From NCBI GenBank assembly GCA_047618295.1, contig JBLHKL010000002.1, positions 1-48,679 on the forward strand: a stretch of 48,679 nt of DNA, written 5' to 3'. Source of the DNA: Gammaproteobacteria bacterium. Its GTDB lineage: Bacteria > Pseudomonadota > Gammaproteobacteria > Eutrophobiales > Eutrophobiaceae. The notes beneath the pieces are model-generated. The model saw only the letters and a program-made list of their open reading frames with translations. It searched no databases and was not told where the DNA came from. The position numbers and the translations under genes are program-made. Positions within the stretch are counted from its first letter, which is position 1. Every line of letters begins with the position of its first letter. Shown piece after piece: positions 17,897 through 27,579 of the stretch.

Positions 17897-18805
17897 TTAT
17901 TTATGCCCGCCTTTAGTACCGGTTTTACCTTTCTTTGCATTCTTTTCTATAAAGCTAATAACATTACCCGCAACATCCTTACCCGTTGCTGTTTCAATGC
18001 CTTCTAGTCCCGGTGAGGAGTTCACCTCCATAACAACAGGTCCTCTTTCAGCACGTAATATATCAACACCACAAACATTGAGTCCCATTGTATTCGCGGC
18101 GCGTAATGCGGTTTTACGTTCTTCAGCTGTGAGCGTAACCAATTCTGCCGAGCCACCACGATGAATATTAGAGCGGAACTCACCTTCCGCGCCCTGACGC
18201 TTCATAGCAGCAACTACTTTTTCTCCTACGACGAAGCAGCGAATATCTGCACCGCCTGCTTCTTTGATGAATTCTTGTACCAACACACTCGCGTTAAGTC
18301 CGAAGAATGATTCAATAACACTTTTAGCAGCACTTTTTGTTTCAGCAAGTACGACACCAATACCCTGTGTTCCTTGTAATAGTTTTATAACAAGTGGCGC
18401 ACCACCCACCATTTTGATTAAATCCTCGATATCATCTGGTTTATTGGCAAAGCCACTAATGGGCATCCCGATACCTTTACGAGACAATAATTGTAATGAA
18501 CGTAATTTATCTCTAGAACGAGAGATAGCTACCGATTCATTCAATGGGTATACACCCATCATTTCGAATTGTCGTACAACGGAGGTACCGTAAAATGTGA
18601 CTGACGCGCCAATTCTTGGAATTACTGCGTCAAACCCTTCTAACTCTTCTCCTTTGTAATGCATACTAGGTCGACTTGATGTGATATTCATATAACAACG
18701 TAAGACATCGAGCACTTGCACTTCATGCCCGCGCGACTCCGCAGCCTCTATTAAACGTCTAGATGAATAAAGGTTTTTATTTCTGGATAGCAGTGCAATT
18801 TTCAT
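17897..18805 (-). CDS. rimK: ribosomal protein S6--L-glutamate ligase RimK (ATP-grasp)
   Basis: Collinear with E. coli RimK along its whole length ([18 protein letters not shown] ... [21 protein letters not shown] ... [13 protein letters not shown]). Confidence 0.95.
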   Translation of the reverse strand: MKIALLSRNKNLYSSRRLIEAAESRGHEVQVLDVLRCYMNITSSRPSMHYKGEELEGFDAVIPRIGASVTFYGTSVVRQFEMMGVYPLNESVAISRSRDKLRSLQLLSRKGIGMPISGFANKPDDIEDLIKMVGGAPLVIKLLQGTQGIGVVLAETKSAAKSVIESFFGLNASVLVQEFIKEAGGADIRCFVVGEKVVAAMKRQGAEGEFRSNIHRGGSAELVTLTAEERKTALRAANTMGLNVCGVDILRAERGPVVMEVNSSPGLEGIETATGKDVAGNVISFIEKNAKKGKTGTKGGHK

Positions 18806-19279
18806 TTATTGAGCCTTATCTAAACTATTATTATATGTGGTTTCTAATTGCCTTCCTGCTGTATATTTAAGTTCAGGCGAAACTATCATTCCTCCACTAA
18901 CCAGTGCGGTTCTACCTAATAGCATTCTAAACAACATGTTTTCTCGGCTGGTTAGACTAATTTCAATGTCCCATGTTTTGTCATGTATCGTTATTGGCGT
19001 CTGAATGAAAATTCTCTCCTCTTTATGCCCGCCAGAATCCTTCACTGTTCTCATGTCGAGAATTTCTGACTCACAAACTATTAAGTTATCTGTATTTTTT
19101 TGTAGTGGATGGATATTAAACCTGACAATATCCTTTCCATTCTTTGATAACCTTTTCAGTTGGTACGTATGCAATGCTGAAGTACGAGCACCGGTATCTA
19201 TTTTTGCCTTAATTGCAGAAATACCAATTGCCGGTAATGAGACCCATTCTTTCCAACCGATCGTTTTTTTCTTATCCAT
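18806..19279 (-). CDS. retropepsin-like ATP-dependent zinc protease family protein (DUF785, RimB-like)
   Basis: KAKIDTGARTSALH aspartic-protease-like motif. Its stop abuts the rimK start (TAAATG). Confidence 0.8.
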   Translation of the reverse strand: MDKKKTIGWKEWVSLPAIGISAIKAKIDTGARTSALHTYQLKRLSKNGKDIVRFNIHPLQKNTDNLIVCESEILDMRTVKDSGGHKEERIFIQTPITIHDKTWDIEISLTSRENMLFRMLLGRTALVSGGMIVSPELKYTAGRQLETTYNNSLDKAQ

Positions 19280-19374
19280 TTAAAACTGTGCTATTAGTAA
19301 TAGAAGAATTCTGGTAAGTATATACTAGAATGATTTTGTGACACTGAATATCAATTCAATGAGTATTAAATAAT

Positions 19375-20211
19375 ATGGATGATGAACTTTTAAAGACATT
19401 TCTCGAGATACATAAAACACGCCATTTTGGACAAGCTGCAGACAACCTATTCATAACTCAATCAGCAGTCAGTGCGCGAATCAGACAACTTGAAGAAGAA
19501 ATGGGTGTTAAATTATTTACCAGAGACAGGAATAATATTTGCCCTACTCTAGCAGGTGAAAAATTACTTCGCCATGCTGAAAACATCTTGAGCACATGGA
19601 ATAAAGTCAAGAATGATATCGCCATAGACGAAGAAAATAAAATCCCACTGTCTGTCGGTGCAGTCTCAAGCTTATGGGATATTTATTTAAATCAATGGTT
19701 AGTTAAATTCACCGAAAGCAATAAGAATATTGTTTTGAATTGCCAGGTTTTAAATTCAGATGCTATCTATCAGAAAATATGTAACTACACATTAGATTTT
19801 GGCTTTACTTATAATGCGCCTCAAGATGATGTTGTAACTATATTAAAGACCCTGCCGATTGAGTTTATAATGGTATCCTCAGAAAACAACCTTCATGCGG
19901 AGCAGGCAGTAAACGAAAATTACATATACGTAGATTGGGGCACATCTTTTTCCGAGGAACATAACAAGCATTTTGCTGACATACCACCACCTCTAATGCG
20001 TATCGATGTTGGTCGTATAGCTAAAAGTTTCATCCGTCGTCAAGGTGGGACAGCTTACCTGCCTGAACGGATGGTAAAGCGAGATATAGAAAACGAACGC
20101 TTATATACAGTTAAAGATGCGCCAAAGATTAAGCGAAATGCCTACATAATCTATAACAAATCAAATGAGCGATGTGATTCACTCGCTAAAATAATAGCCC
20201 CTAGTCGGTAA
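19375..20211 (+). CDS. hdfR: LysR-family regulator, HdfR-like
   Basis: The N-terminus MDDELLKTFLEIHKTRHFGQAADNLFITQSAVSARIRQLEEEMGVKLFTRDRNNI closely tracks E. coli HdfR. 278 aa. Confidence 0.7.
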   Translation: MDDELLKTFLEIHKTRHFGQAADNLFITQSAVSARIRQLEEEMGVKLFTRDRNNICPTLAGEKLLRHAENILSTWNKVKNDIAIDEENKIPLSVGAVSSLWDIYLNQWLVKFTESNKNIVLNCQVLNSDAIYQKICNYTLDFGFTYNAPQDDVVTILKTLPIEFIMVSSENNLHAEQAVNENYIYVDWGTSFSEEHNKHFADIPPPLMRIDVGRIAKSFIRRQGGTAYLPERMVKRDIENERLYTVKDAPKIKRNAYIIYNKSNERCDSLAKIIAPSR

Positions 20212-20389
20212 AAATAGTGATGCGTTGTTTGTTAGTGTTTTGAGTGCTGCTTTTCACATTGTCTAAATTGGTCTGTTTATATTTGTTTAAAACCTCTTTA
20301 ATAACACTAGTATCTATATTCTTATACAAAGGGGATGCACTTAAGCCGCAAGCCCCACTTCCTTTAAAATAATTCACTTCTATCCTCTT

Positions 20390-20581
20390 TTAGTCAAATA
20401 CAAAATCGTTATATGAATCTTCTGTTAATCTTTTCAATTCTTTAAGTTCTAATTTCTTTTCTATTTCAGAACGAATATCCCGTTTTTCGGTGTATTTATT
20501 TTCTATAGTGCTAAAACTTGCTTCTAATTTTTCTAAAGCCTCATTGTCCACATCTACCTCATAATCATCAGTGTCATTCAT
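20390..20581 (-). CDS. small acidic protein, possibly PA3496-family
   Basis: 63 aa. Acidic N-terminus, then RSEIEKKLELKELKRLTEDSYNDFVFD. The family assignment is from memory only. Confidence 0.4.
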   Translation of the reverse strand: MNDTDDYEVDVDNEALEKLEASFSTIENKYTEKRDIRSEIEKKLELKELKRLTEDSYNDFVFD

Positions 20582-20842
20582 GTATCAGATCCTCAAAAAT
20601 GATGATTTACATAAGTCATACATAATCTAACTTATTAATTTCAGGAGATATATAAGGCTTATTCGCAACGAAGTACAATGAATAATAATTGTCGTGACAA
20701 TCAATTTAATTGCTTAATAAACAGCATGTAAAAATCAAGCTATATATTTCCACCATAGGTCAATAGTTTGAGGTGGTCTCTCCAGCTTTATGAATGCCAT
20801 TAGTATTAATCCGGTAAATATTCAATATAAAAATGACAATTG

Positions 20843-21727
20843 TTAATCGTTATTATAAGGCTCCACATGTATAAAGGCATCACCGACATTAAATTGTTCT
20901 TCTATTAATATCTCGACCTTATCCGCAATTTGATGTGATTCTTCGGTAGTCAGTTCTGCATCTACAGAAATAACTATATCGATAGCAATGTCGGAACCAA
21001 TCCAGCGTGAACGTATACGCCCTGCTGCTTTTACGCCTTGAACAGTCATTACTGCACTTTTAATATCTTCGGGGTCAATTGCATACTCATCGACAAGCAC
21101 CGGAAAGGCGCTTTTATATAAGTCATAAGCAAGATAGAACACTAATCCCGCAACGCCCAGCGCACATAATCGATCAAGTATTAAAAAACCCATACTTGAT
21201 AATTGCCATCCAATAATTACCACAACCGTCGTTAACACATCGGCAAAAGTATGTGCGGCATCGGCAAGCATGATCCCGGATTTCAGTCGACGAGCCCAAT
21301 AGCGTTGCCAGCTTGCCAAAGCGATGTTCACAACGAGCACGCCGAGCATCAATACAAGCTCCCAGGTGCCACTAACGATCTCTGTCGTCTCTTTAGTAAA
21401 TGCACTTTTTGCAATTTCTATTGCCATTACAGCAAGTAGCGTTGCTAGACCAAATACGGCTAAGGTTTCAAATTTTCGATGACCATACGGATGTTCACGA
21501 TCAGCTGGCATAGCCGATAAACGTAATACAATCCAGGCGACAATATTATTAGCAACATCCGTTAATGAGTGAATGCAGTCGGCGAGTATGGCAAGTGAGT
21601 TGGTAGATAACCCAACAAATAGTTTAACAACGAGCACCAGAACATTCGCACAACCCTCAACTATAATTAAGCGTTGAACTTTCCTGTCGCGGTCAGTGTA
21701 TTCGATATGGTTAGATTCGCTTGTCAT
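20843..21727 (-). CDS. cation diffusion facilitator (CDF) family transporter
   Basis: Six TM helices with HSLTDVANN and HTFADVLTT metal-site motifs, plus a C-terminal cytoplasmic domain. Confidence 0.9.
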   Translation of the reverse strand: MTSESNHIEYTDRDRKVQRLIIVEGCANVLVLVVKLFVGLSTNSLAILADCIHSLTDVANNIVAWIVLRLSAMPADREHPYGHRKFETLAVFGLATLLAVMAIEIAKSAFTKETTEIVSGTWELVLMLGVLVVNIALASWQRYWARRLKSGIMLADAAHTFADVLTTVVVIIGWQLSSMGFLILDRLCALGVAGLVFYLAYDLYKSAFPVLVDEYAIDPEDIKSAVMTVQGVKAAGRIRSRWIGSDIAIDIVISVDAELTTEESHQIADKVEILIEEQFNVGDAFIHVEPYNND

Positions 21728-21795
21728 TATAAAATTTAATCTTTTTATACAAGCAAGCTAGAAAGCTTATTAAGTCCCTGTCTGAAACTTCTTGC

Positions 21796-22782
21796 TCATG
21801 ATTTTTCTGTAAATTCTTTACACCTAGTGGTGAACGATCGCACACTATCTGGAATTGGCACTCTCAATGTAGCCAGTTTAATCAGAAGAACACCACCTTC
21901 TTTAATTAAACGATAGGCATACATAAATTGTATGTTTTTCTTATCATTTTTATCATGCAATAGACTGTTCAGGCTATGTTCATATTCTTCTTTGGTTGCA
22001 ATGTAGCGTGGCCAGACATCAAACATTGCTGGGTCAGTCCGAATTGTTTCACAAGCCATCTTGGCCATGACACCCAACTCGAGAAGTTTATTATTGACAT
22101 CAGAGAAAGCACCATCACCTATCGTAACAGTACTAATAGCGCTTGTGATCTGATCAATATCCGACATGGTTTGAGAGATTTTGATATATCGACTTTGAAA
22201 AAAATCTTCTATCGGCAGAGAGAAAACCTTAAACGGTTCACCCCAAAGTTCATCAACGCCTTCCCCACCATCTGCAAGCTTAATATTTTTTCCCAAAGAC
22301 AAGGCCTCTATAAAACATCTCCCACACTCACGTAATAACTCATTACTGGTTTCAATCTTTACGCCTGCCTCTTCAAGCTCAACAATCGCCGTTAGAATTT
22401 GTCGTCCACGATTTAATAATGAGCCAGCTAGCATCGCACCTTTAACGCGCTTTCTTGCAGGATCATCTTCCGCCTCATAAACCTCACGAATTTCATCCAA
22501 CCGCTTGCTGGGTGTATTAATACCCTGTTCCACATGATGAAACACTCGGCGCGTTAATTGATCAATCATCTGTTTCTTGTCAGCAAAGCTATCCTTATGT
22601 AAGTGATAACTTCTAATCCAGTAGCCATCGTAAAATACACACGATTTACCCGCGATATCTCGCGTCGTACCATTTTCTACTTCATCAGTCATAGTAAGTT
22701 TATAAGACCTTAAATCGTTAAAATAATTCGCAACAAAATAACCAGTACATTGTAATACTTCTGAGCATATCCTCATACCCAC
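21796..22782 (-). CDS. hypothetical protein (about 298-328 aa)
   Basis: Long clean ORF, but the start is uncertain (ATG 22782 or 22692). No family recognised. Confidence 0.5.
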   Translation of the reverse strand: MGMRICSEVLQCTGYFVANYFNDLRSYKLTMTDEVENGTTRDIAGKSCVFYDGYWIRSYHLHKDSFADKKQMIDQLTRRVFHHVEQGINTPSKRLDEIREVYEAEDDPARKRVKGAMLAGSLLNRGRQILTAIVELEEAGVKIETSNELLRECGRCFIEALSLGKNIKLADGGEGVDELWGEPFKVFSLPIEDFFQSRYIKISQTMSDIDQITSAISTVTIGDGAFSDVNNKLLELGVMAKMACETIRTDPAMFDVWPRYIATKEEYEHSLNSLLHDKNDKKNIQFMYAYRLIKEGGVLLIKLATLRVPIPDSVRSFTTRCKEFTEKS

Positions 22783-22895
22783 ATAAAGCAGGATTTATCA
22801 ATTGCTGAGGAAAGTACCTTCTGGAACCAGCCAACCTAACACCACGATAATTTCCCCTGTATTGATGGTTTCAAACTCGCTATGCTTTTAATGAA

Positions 22896-23390
22896 ATGCC
22901 ACATGACATCAAACAGCTAGACCGGATTGCTGGTAAAACAATCATACAGTTCACTGATACTGATCTCGCAAACCTGAAAGTAGATGCCGTTGTCGAGGAA
23001 CAGGACACAAATCTATTGCTCGGCAAGGCGCCCGTCATCATGGAAACAGTTGAAAGCTTTCCTGCACTAGTTGATCAAATGGAACAACAGCTTTGCGAGA
23101 TACCCGGTAGCATCATCGTTAAAAATTCAAAACCTAAACGATTGATCGCGATTGTCTACGATGTTGAACATACACCCATATGTGAAGAATCGTGGGTCAA
23201 AAAAGTCTTACAGAAAATATTTGCACAATGTTATGAGCACAAGATTAACAATCTCGCTATGCCCCTGCTAGGTACAGCTTATGGAAAATTAACAGACGAG
23301 ACTATTGTAGATTTATTACAAGATCTTTTAATAAAGAACAAAAATCAATATCCAAGAAAAATATTTATCTACGATACACTAGAAGATTAA
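22896..23390 (+). CDS. hypothetical protein with faint macro-domain-like features
   Basis: KVDAVVEE ... GSIIV ... RLIAIVYD ... NNLAMPLLGTAYGKL resembles the macro strand/loop order, but the Gly-rich loop is missing. Confidence 0.4.
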   Translation: MPHDIKQLDRIAGKTIIQFTDTDLANLKVDAVVEEQDTNLLLGKAPVIMETVESFPALVDQMEQQLCEIPGSIIVKNSKPKRLIAIVYDVEHTPICEESWVKKVLQKIFAQCYEHKINNLAMPLLGTAYGKLTDETIVDLLQDLLIKNKNQYPRKIFIYDTLED

Positions 23391-23402
23391 TTCTGATCTT
23401 TC

Positions 23403-24311
23403 TTATACATCATCAATTCCATGATGATTGCCGCGCGATTGAGATCTCATAGCAAAGCCAAGACCGATAAATACGATCACTACTCCTATAATAAAATTAA
23501 GTTCGATCGCTTCACCTAAAAATAGATAACCCAGAATAATAGCTGTAATTGGGTTTAATGTTACAAAGATAGTAGTAAACGTTGCTGTACTCTTATTCAA
23601 AACCCAATTCAAAAGAAAGAATGCGAGTCCACCAGCAAATATACCTAAATAAACCATCAAACCTATTTGTGTCATTGTCAGCGCCATTACATGCTCATCA
23701 ATCCCATTAGCAACGCTAAAGGGCAATAGACACAAACATCCAGCCAACATTGCTAATGGCGTCATCGTTGAAGCTGGAACTTCTTGCAAGACCTGCCGCG
23801 CAAAAGTGGCATAAATGCCACCAATAATCGCAGTAAACAACATGATGATCTCACCTTTGAATAACACCCCTTCTCCTGAAATCAGCATCAACTCGTCTGA
23901 TAGAGCAACGGTAAGACCAAGCAAAGTTAGCCCAATAGCAATTAAAGAAGATTTATTAATACTCTCATGCCCAATGGCCTTACTAATAAGCATAGCCCAA
24001 ATCGGCATCGTCGCTAAAACAAGAGAACCACGTGCCGCACTGGTATGCACGAAACCCCATGAAAACATAAAAGGAAACAACGCAAAAAACAAAGCCCCAA
24101 GAGCAACAATCTTAAGCAATAGAATTTTAGTTAATCGTGATGTGCGAAACAGGAAGAAGAGCGGCAACATGGCAAAACCACCTAAGAGATATCGCATAAA
24201 GGCGATCTCTACCGGATCCAGTACTGTCACTAGATAACGTGTGGTAACAGATGCTGTACCGGTAAGAATATGGCAACACATGATTGCCAGGGTTGGTTTC
24301 CATACACTCAT
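23403..24311 (-). CDS. DMT superfamily (EamA) transporter
   Basis: Ten predicted TM helices in two EamA-like halves. Confidence 0.85.
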   Translation of the reverse strand: MSVWKPTLAIMCCHILTGTASVTTRYLVTVLDPVEIAFMRYLLGGFAMLPLFFLFRTSRLTKILLLKIVALGALFFALFPFMFSWGFVHTSAARGSLVLATMPIWAMLISKAIGHESINKSSLIAIGLTLLGLTVALSDELMLISGEGVLFKGEIIMLFTAIIGGIYATFARQVLQEVPASTMTPLAMLAGCLCLLPFSVANGIDEHVMALTMTQIGLMVYLGIFAGGLAFFLLNWVLNKSTATFTTIFVTLNPITAIILGYLFLGEAIELNFIIGVVIVFIGLGFAMRSQSRGNHHGIDDV

Positions 24312-24547
24312 AGTGTTAATTTCAATATATTTAGGCAGTAATTTGACTGACGGTATGACTGTATTATGAGTGCAATATTATTTTTATTTAAAGGTAATGA
24401 TAATTACCAAAGCCATTTTTATTATGGTTTACCAATAATACTATGTATAGGTCATTCATCCTAAAAATGCAGAGATATTTAAACTTATGCTTTTTCTCAT
24501 ACACTAATATCAACTTATCTAAATAAATTTAATACGGAGCTTATTAT

Positions 24548-25297
24548 ATGCATAACGCACTCGTTATTGGCGCATCGGGTGGCATTGGAACAGCTATGAC
24601 TCAGCTCCTACTGAAGAAAGGCATACATGTCATTGCTAGTGTCAGAAAACATCGAATAAGTAAACTTGAACAACTAGAGAAGCTAAAATCAGACTATAAA
24701 TCACAGTTAAGAATAGTTTCGATGGATATTAGTGAGCAAGAAAGTGTAGAAAAAGCGTTCACTTCAATATCTGAACAAACAAATAAGTTACATTTGATTA
24801 TTAATTGCACCGGTCTGTTGCATAACAGTAAGGGCCTTCAACCTGAAAAACGTCTCGAAGATATTAATGCTAATAATCTCGCCCAGTCTTTTGCAATTAA
24901 CTCGATTGGCCCTTTACTCATTGCTCGCTATGCATTGCCACTGCTTCGTCATGAAGAACGCAGTGTACTATCGAATATTTCTGCTCGTGTCGGTAGTATT
25001 TCCGATAACCGCGCTGGTGGCTGGTATGCCTACCGAGCGGCAAAGGCTGCACAGAACATGATCACTAAAACTCTCGCAATTGAATTGAATAGACGCTCAC
25101 CGAATACGATTTGTGTGGGTCTACATCCAGGCACCGTGAATACTGAATTATCCAAACCATTCCAAAGAAACCTGAAACCGGGACAACTTACAACAACTGA
25201 GCAATCAGCAAATTATATGTATGCAGTCATGAGTAAGTTAGATAATAATGATAGCGGCAAAGTATTTGCCTGGAATGGCAGTGAAGTATTACCTTAG
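24548..25297 (+). CDS. SDR family oxidoreductase (CsgA/C-factor-like)
   Basis: VIGASGGIG cofactor motif and YAYRAAKAA catalytic YxxxK. Confidence 0.85.
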   Translation: MHNALVIGASGGIGTAMTQLLLKKGIHVIASVRKHRISKLEQLEKLKSDYKSQLRIVSMDISEQESVEKAFTSISEQTNKLHLIINCTGLLHNSKGLQPEKRLEDINANNLAQSFAINSIGPLLIARYALPLLRHEERSVLSNISARVGSISDNRAGGWYAYRAAKAAQNMITKTLAIELNRRSPNTICVGLHPGTVNTELSKPFQRNLKPGQLTTTEQSANYMYAVMSKLDNNDSGKVFAWNGSEVLP

Positions 25298-25333
25298 TTG
25301 AAGAATCTAATTAGGTTCATTTCGCCTAACTCA

Positions 25334-25795
25334 TCATCCTATAGAATAAACAGCACACAAACCAATGAACATAAATATGGTAACCACAATGGTCAATCTG
25401 AACCGCATCTGCATGTACCATACTGGTAACAGGCTATTTAATTCTGAAAACTTCTCATAAACAAATAAAAGTGGGTATGCAATAAAAAACATCAGCAACG
25501 CAACAGGTAAATCACTGATTAGCGCTAACCAACCAATCAACCCAGGCAATACGCTGATTGATAATAATAAGCCTTGTCTTTGCATCGAATCAGTCTTTAG
25601 CAAAAAACCCCAATGAACTGCGCCAACGAAGCCCAGGATAACCGCACCATAGGAAACGAATGCAATCATTGAATACGAACTAAGCTCTTTACTACTGGAA
25701 TATATACCCACTAAGGTAGTGACAAACGGCAATAATCCACCGTAACTTAAACAATAGATAATATTTTTAGTTTTATCTGTGATCTCATTATTCAT
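25334..25795 (-). CDS. DUF3429 membrane protein
   Basis: Four or five TM helices; GFVGAVHWG motif. Confidence 0.6.
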   Translation of the reverse strand: MNNEITDKTKNIIYCLSYGGLLPFVTTLVGIYSSSKELSSYSMIAFVSYGAVILGFVGAVHWGFLLKTDSMQRQGLLLSISVLPGLIGWLALISDLPVALLMFFIAYPLLFVYEKFSELNSLLPVWYMQMRFRLTIVVTIFMFIGLCAVYSIG

Positions 25796-25819
25796 ATATT
25801 AAAATAGCTTTAAAAATAA

Positions 25820-26113
25820 TTATTTTGTTTCAATAATTTCAACTGAGTTTCCAAATGGGTCTTTAATATAAACCGACGCCGTTCCATCTCGATGCTCTGT
25901 TAACGTACCAAAATCTTCAGCATTTGTACTTTCAATTGCAAAATGTGGTGGGTGCTGATCCGGCATGACCAAGGCGAGTGAAAGGTTACTAAATTTAAGT
26001 AATGCCCATGTATCATCTTCATAATCGAGACTGGCATCAAACTTATCGGTATACCATTTCACCGCTGTTTTAATATTGTTCACCTGTATAGCGACATGAT
26101 GTATCTTGTCCAT
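25820..26113 (-). CDS. VOC/glyoxalase-fold protein (short, 97 aa)
   Basis: IHHVAIQVNN ... DPFGNSVEI. Confidence 0.7.
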   Translation of the reverse strand: MDKIHHVAIQVNNIKTAVKWYTDKFDASLDYEDDTWALLKFSNLSLALVMPDQHPPHFAIESTNAEDFGTLTEHRDGTASVYIKDPFGNSVEIIETK

Positions 26114-26255
26114 AATATGTCCTGTTTATTAGATAGATTGCCATGATTTTATAGTGTATTGATTAACTAAGCATGTACTGCAAAACAGAATTCGTCCTAA
26201 ACAAGGTATTTAATACCAATCAGCCCAGCGCTGTTCAATTTAAATTAAAAATAAT

Positions 26256-27236
26256 ATGAAGCGTATTGCCATTATAGGTGCAGGAATGTCCGGCCTGACC
26301 GTTGCAAAGCAGCTTAAAGACATAGCAACCGTCGAATTATTTGAAAAATCGCGAGGTGTCAGCGGAAGGATGTCGACGCGTTATGCCGAGCCCTACCAGT
26401 TTGATCATGGCGCTCAGGACTTTACCGTCCGCGACGAAGCCTTTAAATCTTTTTTAGCCCCCTATATAGAAGCGGGGGTCTTGCAGGAATGGAAACCAAA
26501 ACTAATGCTGCTAGAAAAAGGTCAGATAGCTAAGGCAAGAAACTGGTCGGAAATACATTACGTACCCGTCCCTAAGATGAATGAATTATGTATCGCTATG
26601 GCAAAGGAAATTGATGTCAATTTAAATACAGAAATCACCAAAATAGAAAAACGAAATCAGCATTGGTTTTTGAAAACAAAAAATCACCAAGAGTTTGGGC
26701 CATATGAATGGATCATCAATACAACACCTGCACCACAAGCGGAAAAACTTTTACCAACCTCTTTTTCGGGCTATCACCATTTTAAAAAATGTAAGATGCT
26801 TGGCTGTTACACTCTAATGTTAGCCATCAAAAATCCATTATCGTGGGAATGGCAAGCGGCAATAGTAAAGAACTCACTTATTTCATGGATGACATTAAAT
26901 TCGAATAAACCCGGTCGCGACAATAAACAAACACTAGTTATTCAAACCGATAACCAATGGTCCGAAGACCATATAGATGAACCAACATCAGACATACAAC
27001 AGCTTATTCTCAATGAATTAAACAGCCTGTTGTCATATGATTTTTCAAGTAGTGAATATTTGACAACACATCGCTGGCGATATGCGGATACTAAACTGGC
27101 CACAGATGTGGATTACCATCTCGATCATGATCTAAATCTTGGTGCATGTGGTGATTGGTTTATAAAAGGTCGTATAGAAGCTGCCTTTTTGAGCGGATAT
27201 AAGCTCGCTAATAGCATAAAACAGCTTCTATCCTGA
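26256..27236 (+). CDS. FAD/NAD(P)-binding oxidoreductase (renalase-like, COG3380-type)
   Basis: IAIIGAGMSGLTVA ... FEKSRGVSGRMSTR ... FDHGAQ. Confidence 0.7.
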   Translation: MKRIAIIGAGMSGLTVAKQLKDIATVELFEKSRGVSGRMSTRYAEPYQFDHGAQDFTVRDEAFKSFLAPYIEAGVLQEWKPKLMLLEKGQIAKARNWSEIHYVPVPKMNELCIAMAKEIDVNLNTEITKIEKRNQHWFLKTKNHQEFGPYEWIINTTPAPQAEKLLPTSFSGYHHFKKCKMLGCYTLMLAIKNPLSWEWQAAIVKNSLISWMTLNSNKPGRDNKQTLVIQTDNQWSEDHIDEPTSDIQQLILNELNSLLSYDFSSSEYLTTHRWRYADTKLATDVDYHLDHDLNLGACGDWFIKGRIEAAFLSGYKLANSIKQLLS

Positions 27237-27508
27237 AATAATGCCAATAAATTGTTTGATTCTATGTTAAAGTGCGCCCATCTTGACACCAGTAGGTGTC
27301 CAGAGCGTCATCACTAGTTGTTAGTTCGCCTCACTGCATTGCCGTTATTTAGAATCGCAATCCATCCAAAGAGTCCAACTGTCCCTCCCTTTGAGAGCCA
27401 ATTACTGCATGCCGCACTTACGGCAAAGCTATCTACTGCCCCGAACTGTATACGCGTTTACGCGTGCGCAAATATTAGAGCTTATTTTACTTAGCCAAAT
27501 TTATAAGT

Positions 27509-27550
27509 CATTTCGCTGACTTTTTGCTCGAATGAGCAAGTTACGAAATG
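27509..27550 (+). promoter_or_regulatory. nested hairpin in the rhlE leader (CATTTCG ... TTGCTC-GAAT-GAGCAA ... CGAAATG)
   Basis: Seen directly, 30 nt upstream of ATG 27580. It is part of an approximately 340-nt untranslated region (27237-27579) that is more GC-rich than its surroundings. Confidence 0.4.
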
Positions 27551-27579
27551 ATACAAATCTATATTTAGGAAATTATTTA

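Noticed and set aside
17871-18593. Long + strand ORFs (17871-18164 and 18264-18593) lie opposite rimK.
   Set aside because: They are antisense shadow ORFs inside a gene with end-to-end similarity to E. coli RimK. Their translations are low-complexity Ser/Pro/Thr-rich.
23815-24237. A 140-aa + strand ORF lies opposite the EamA transporter gene.
   Set aside because: It is a shadow ORF. The minus-strand product has coherent TM topology.
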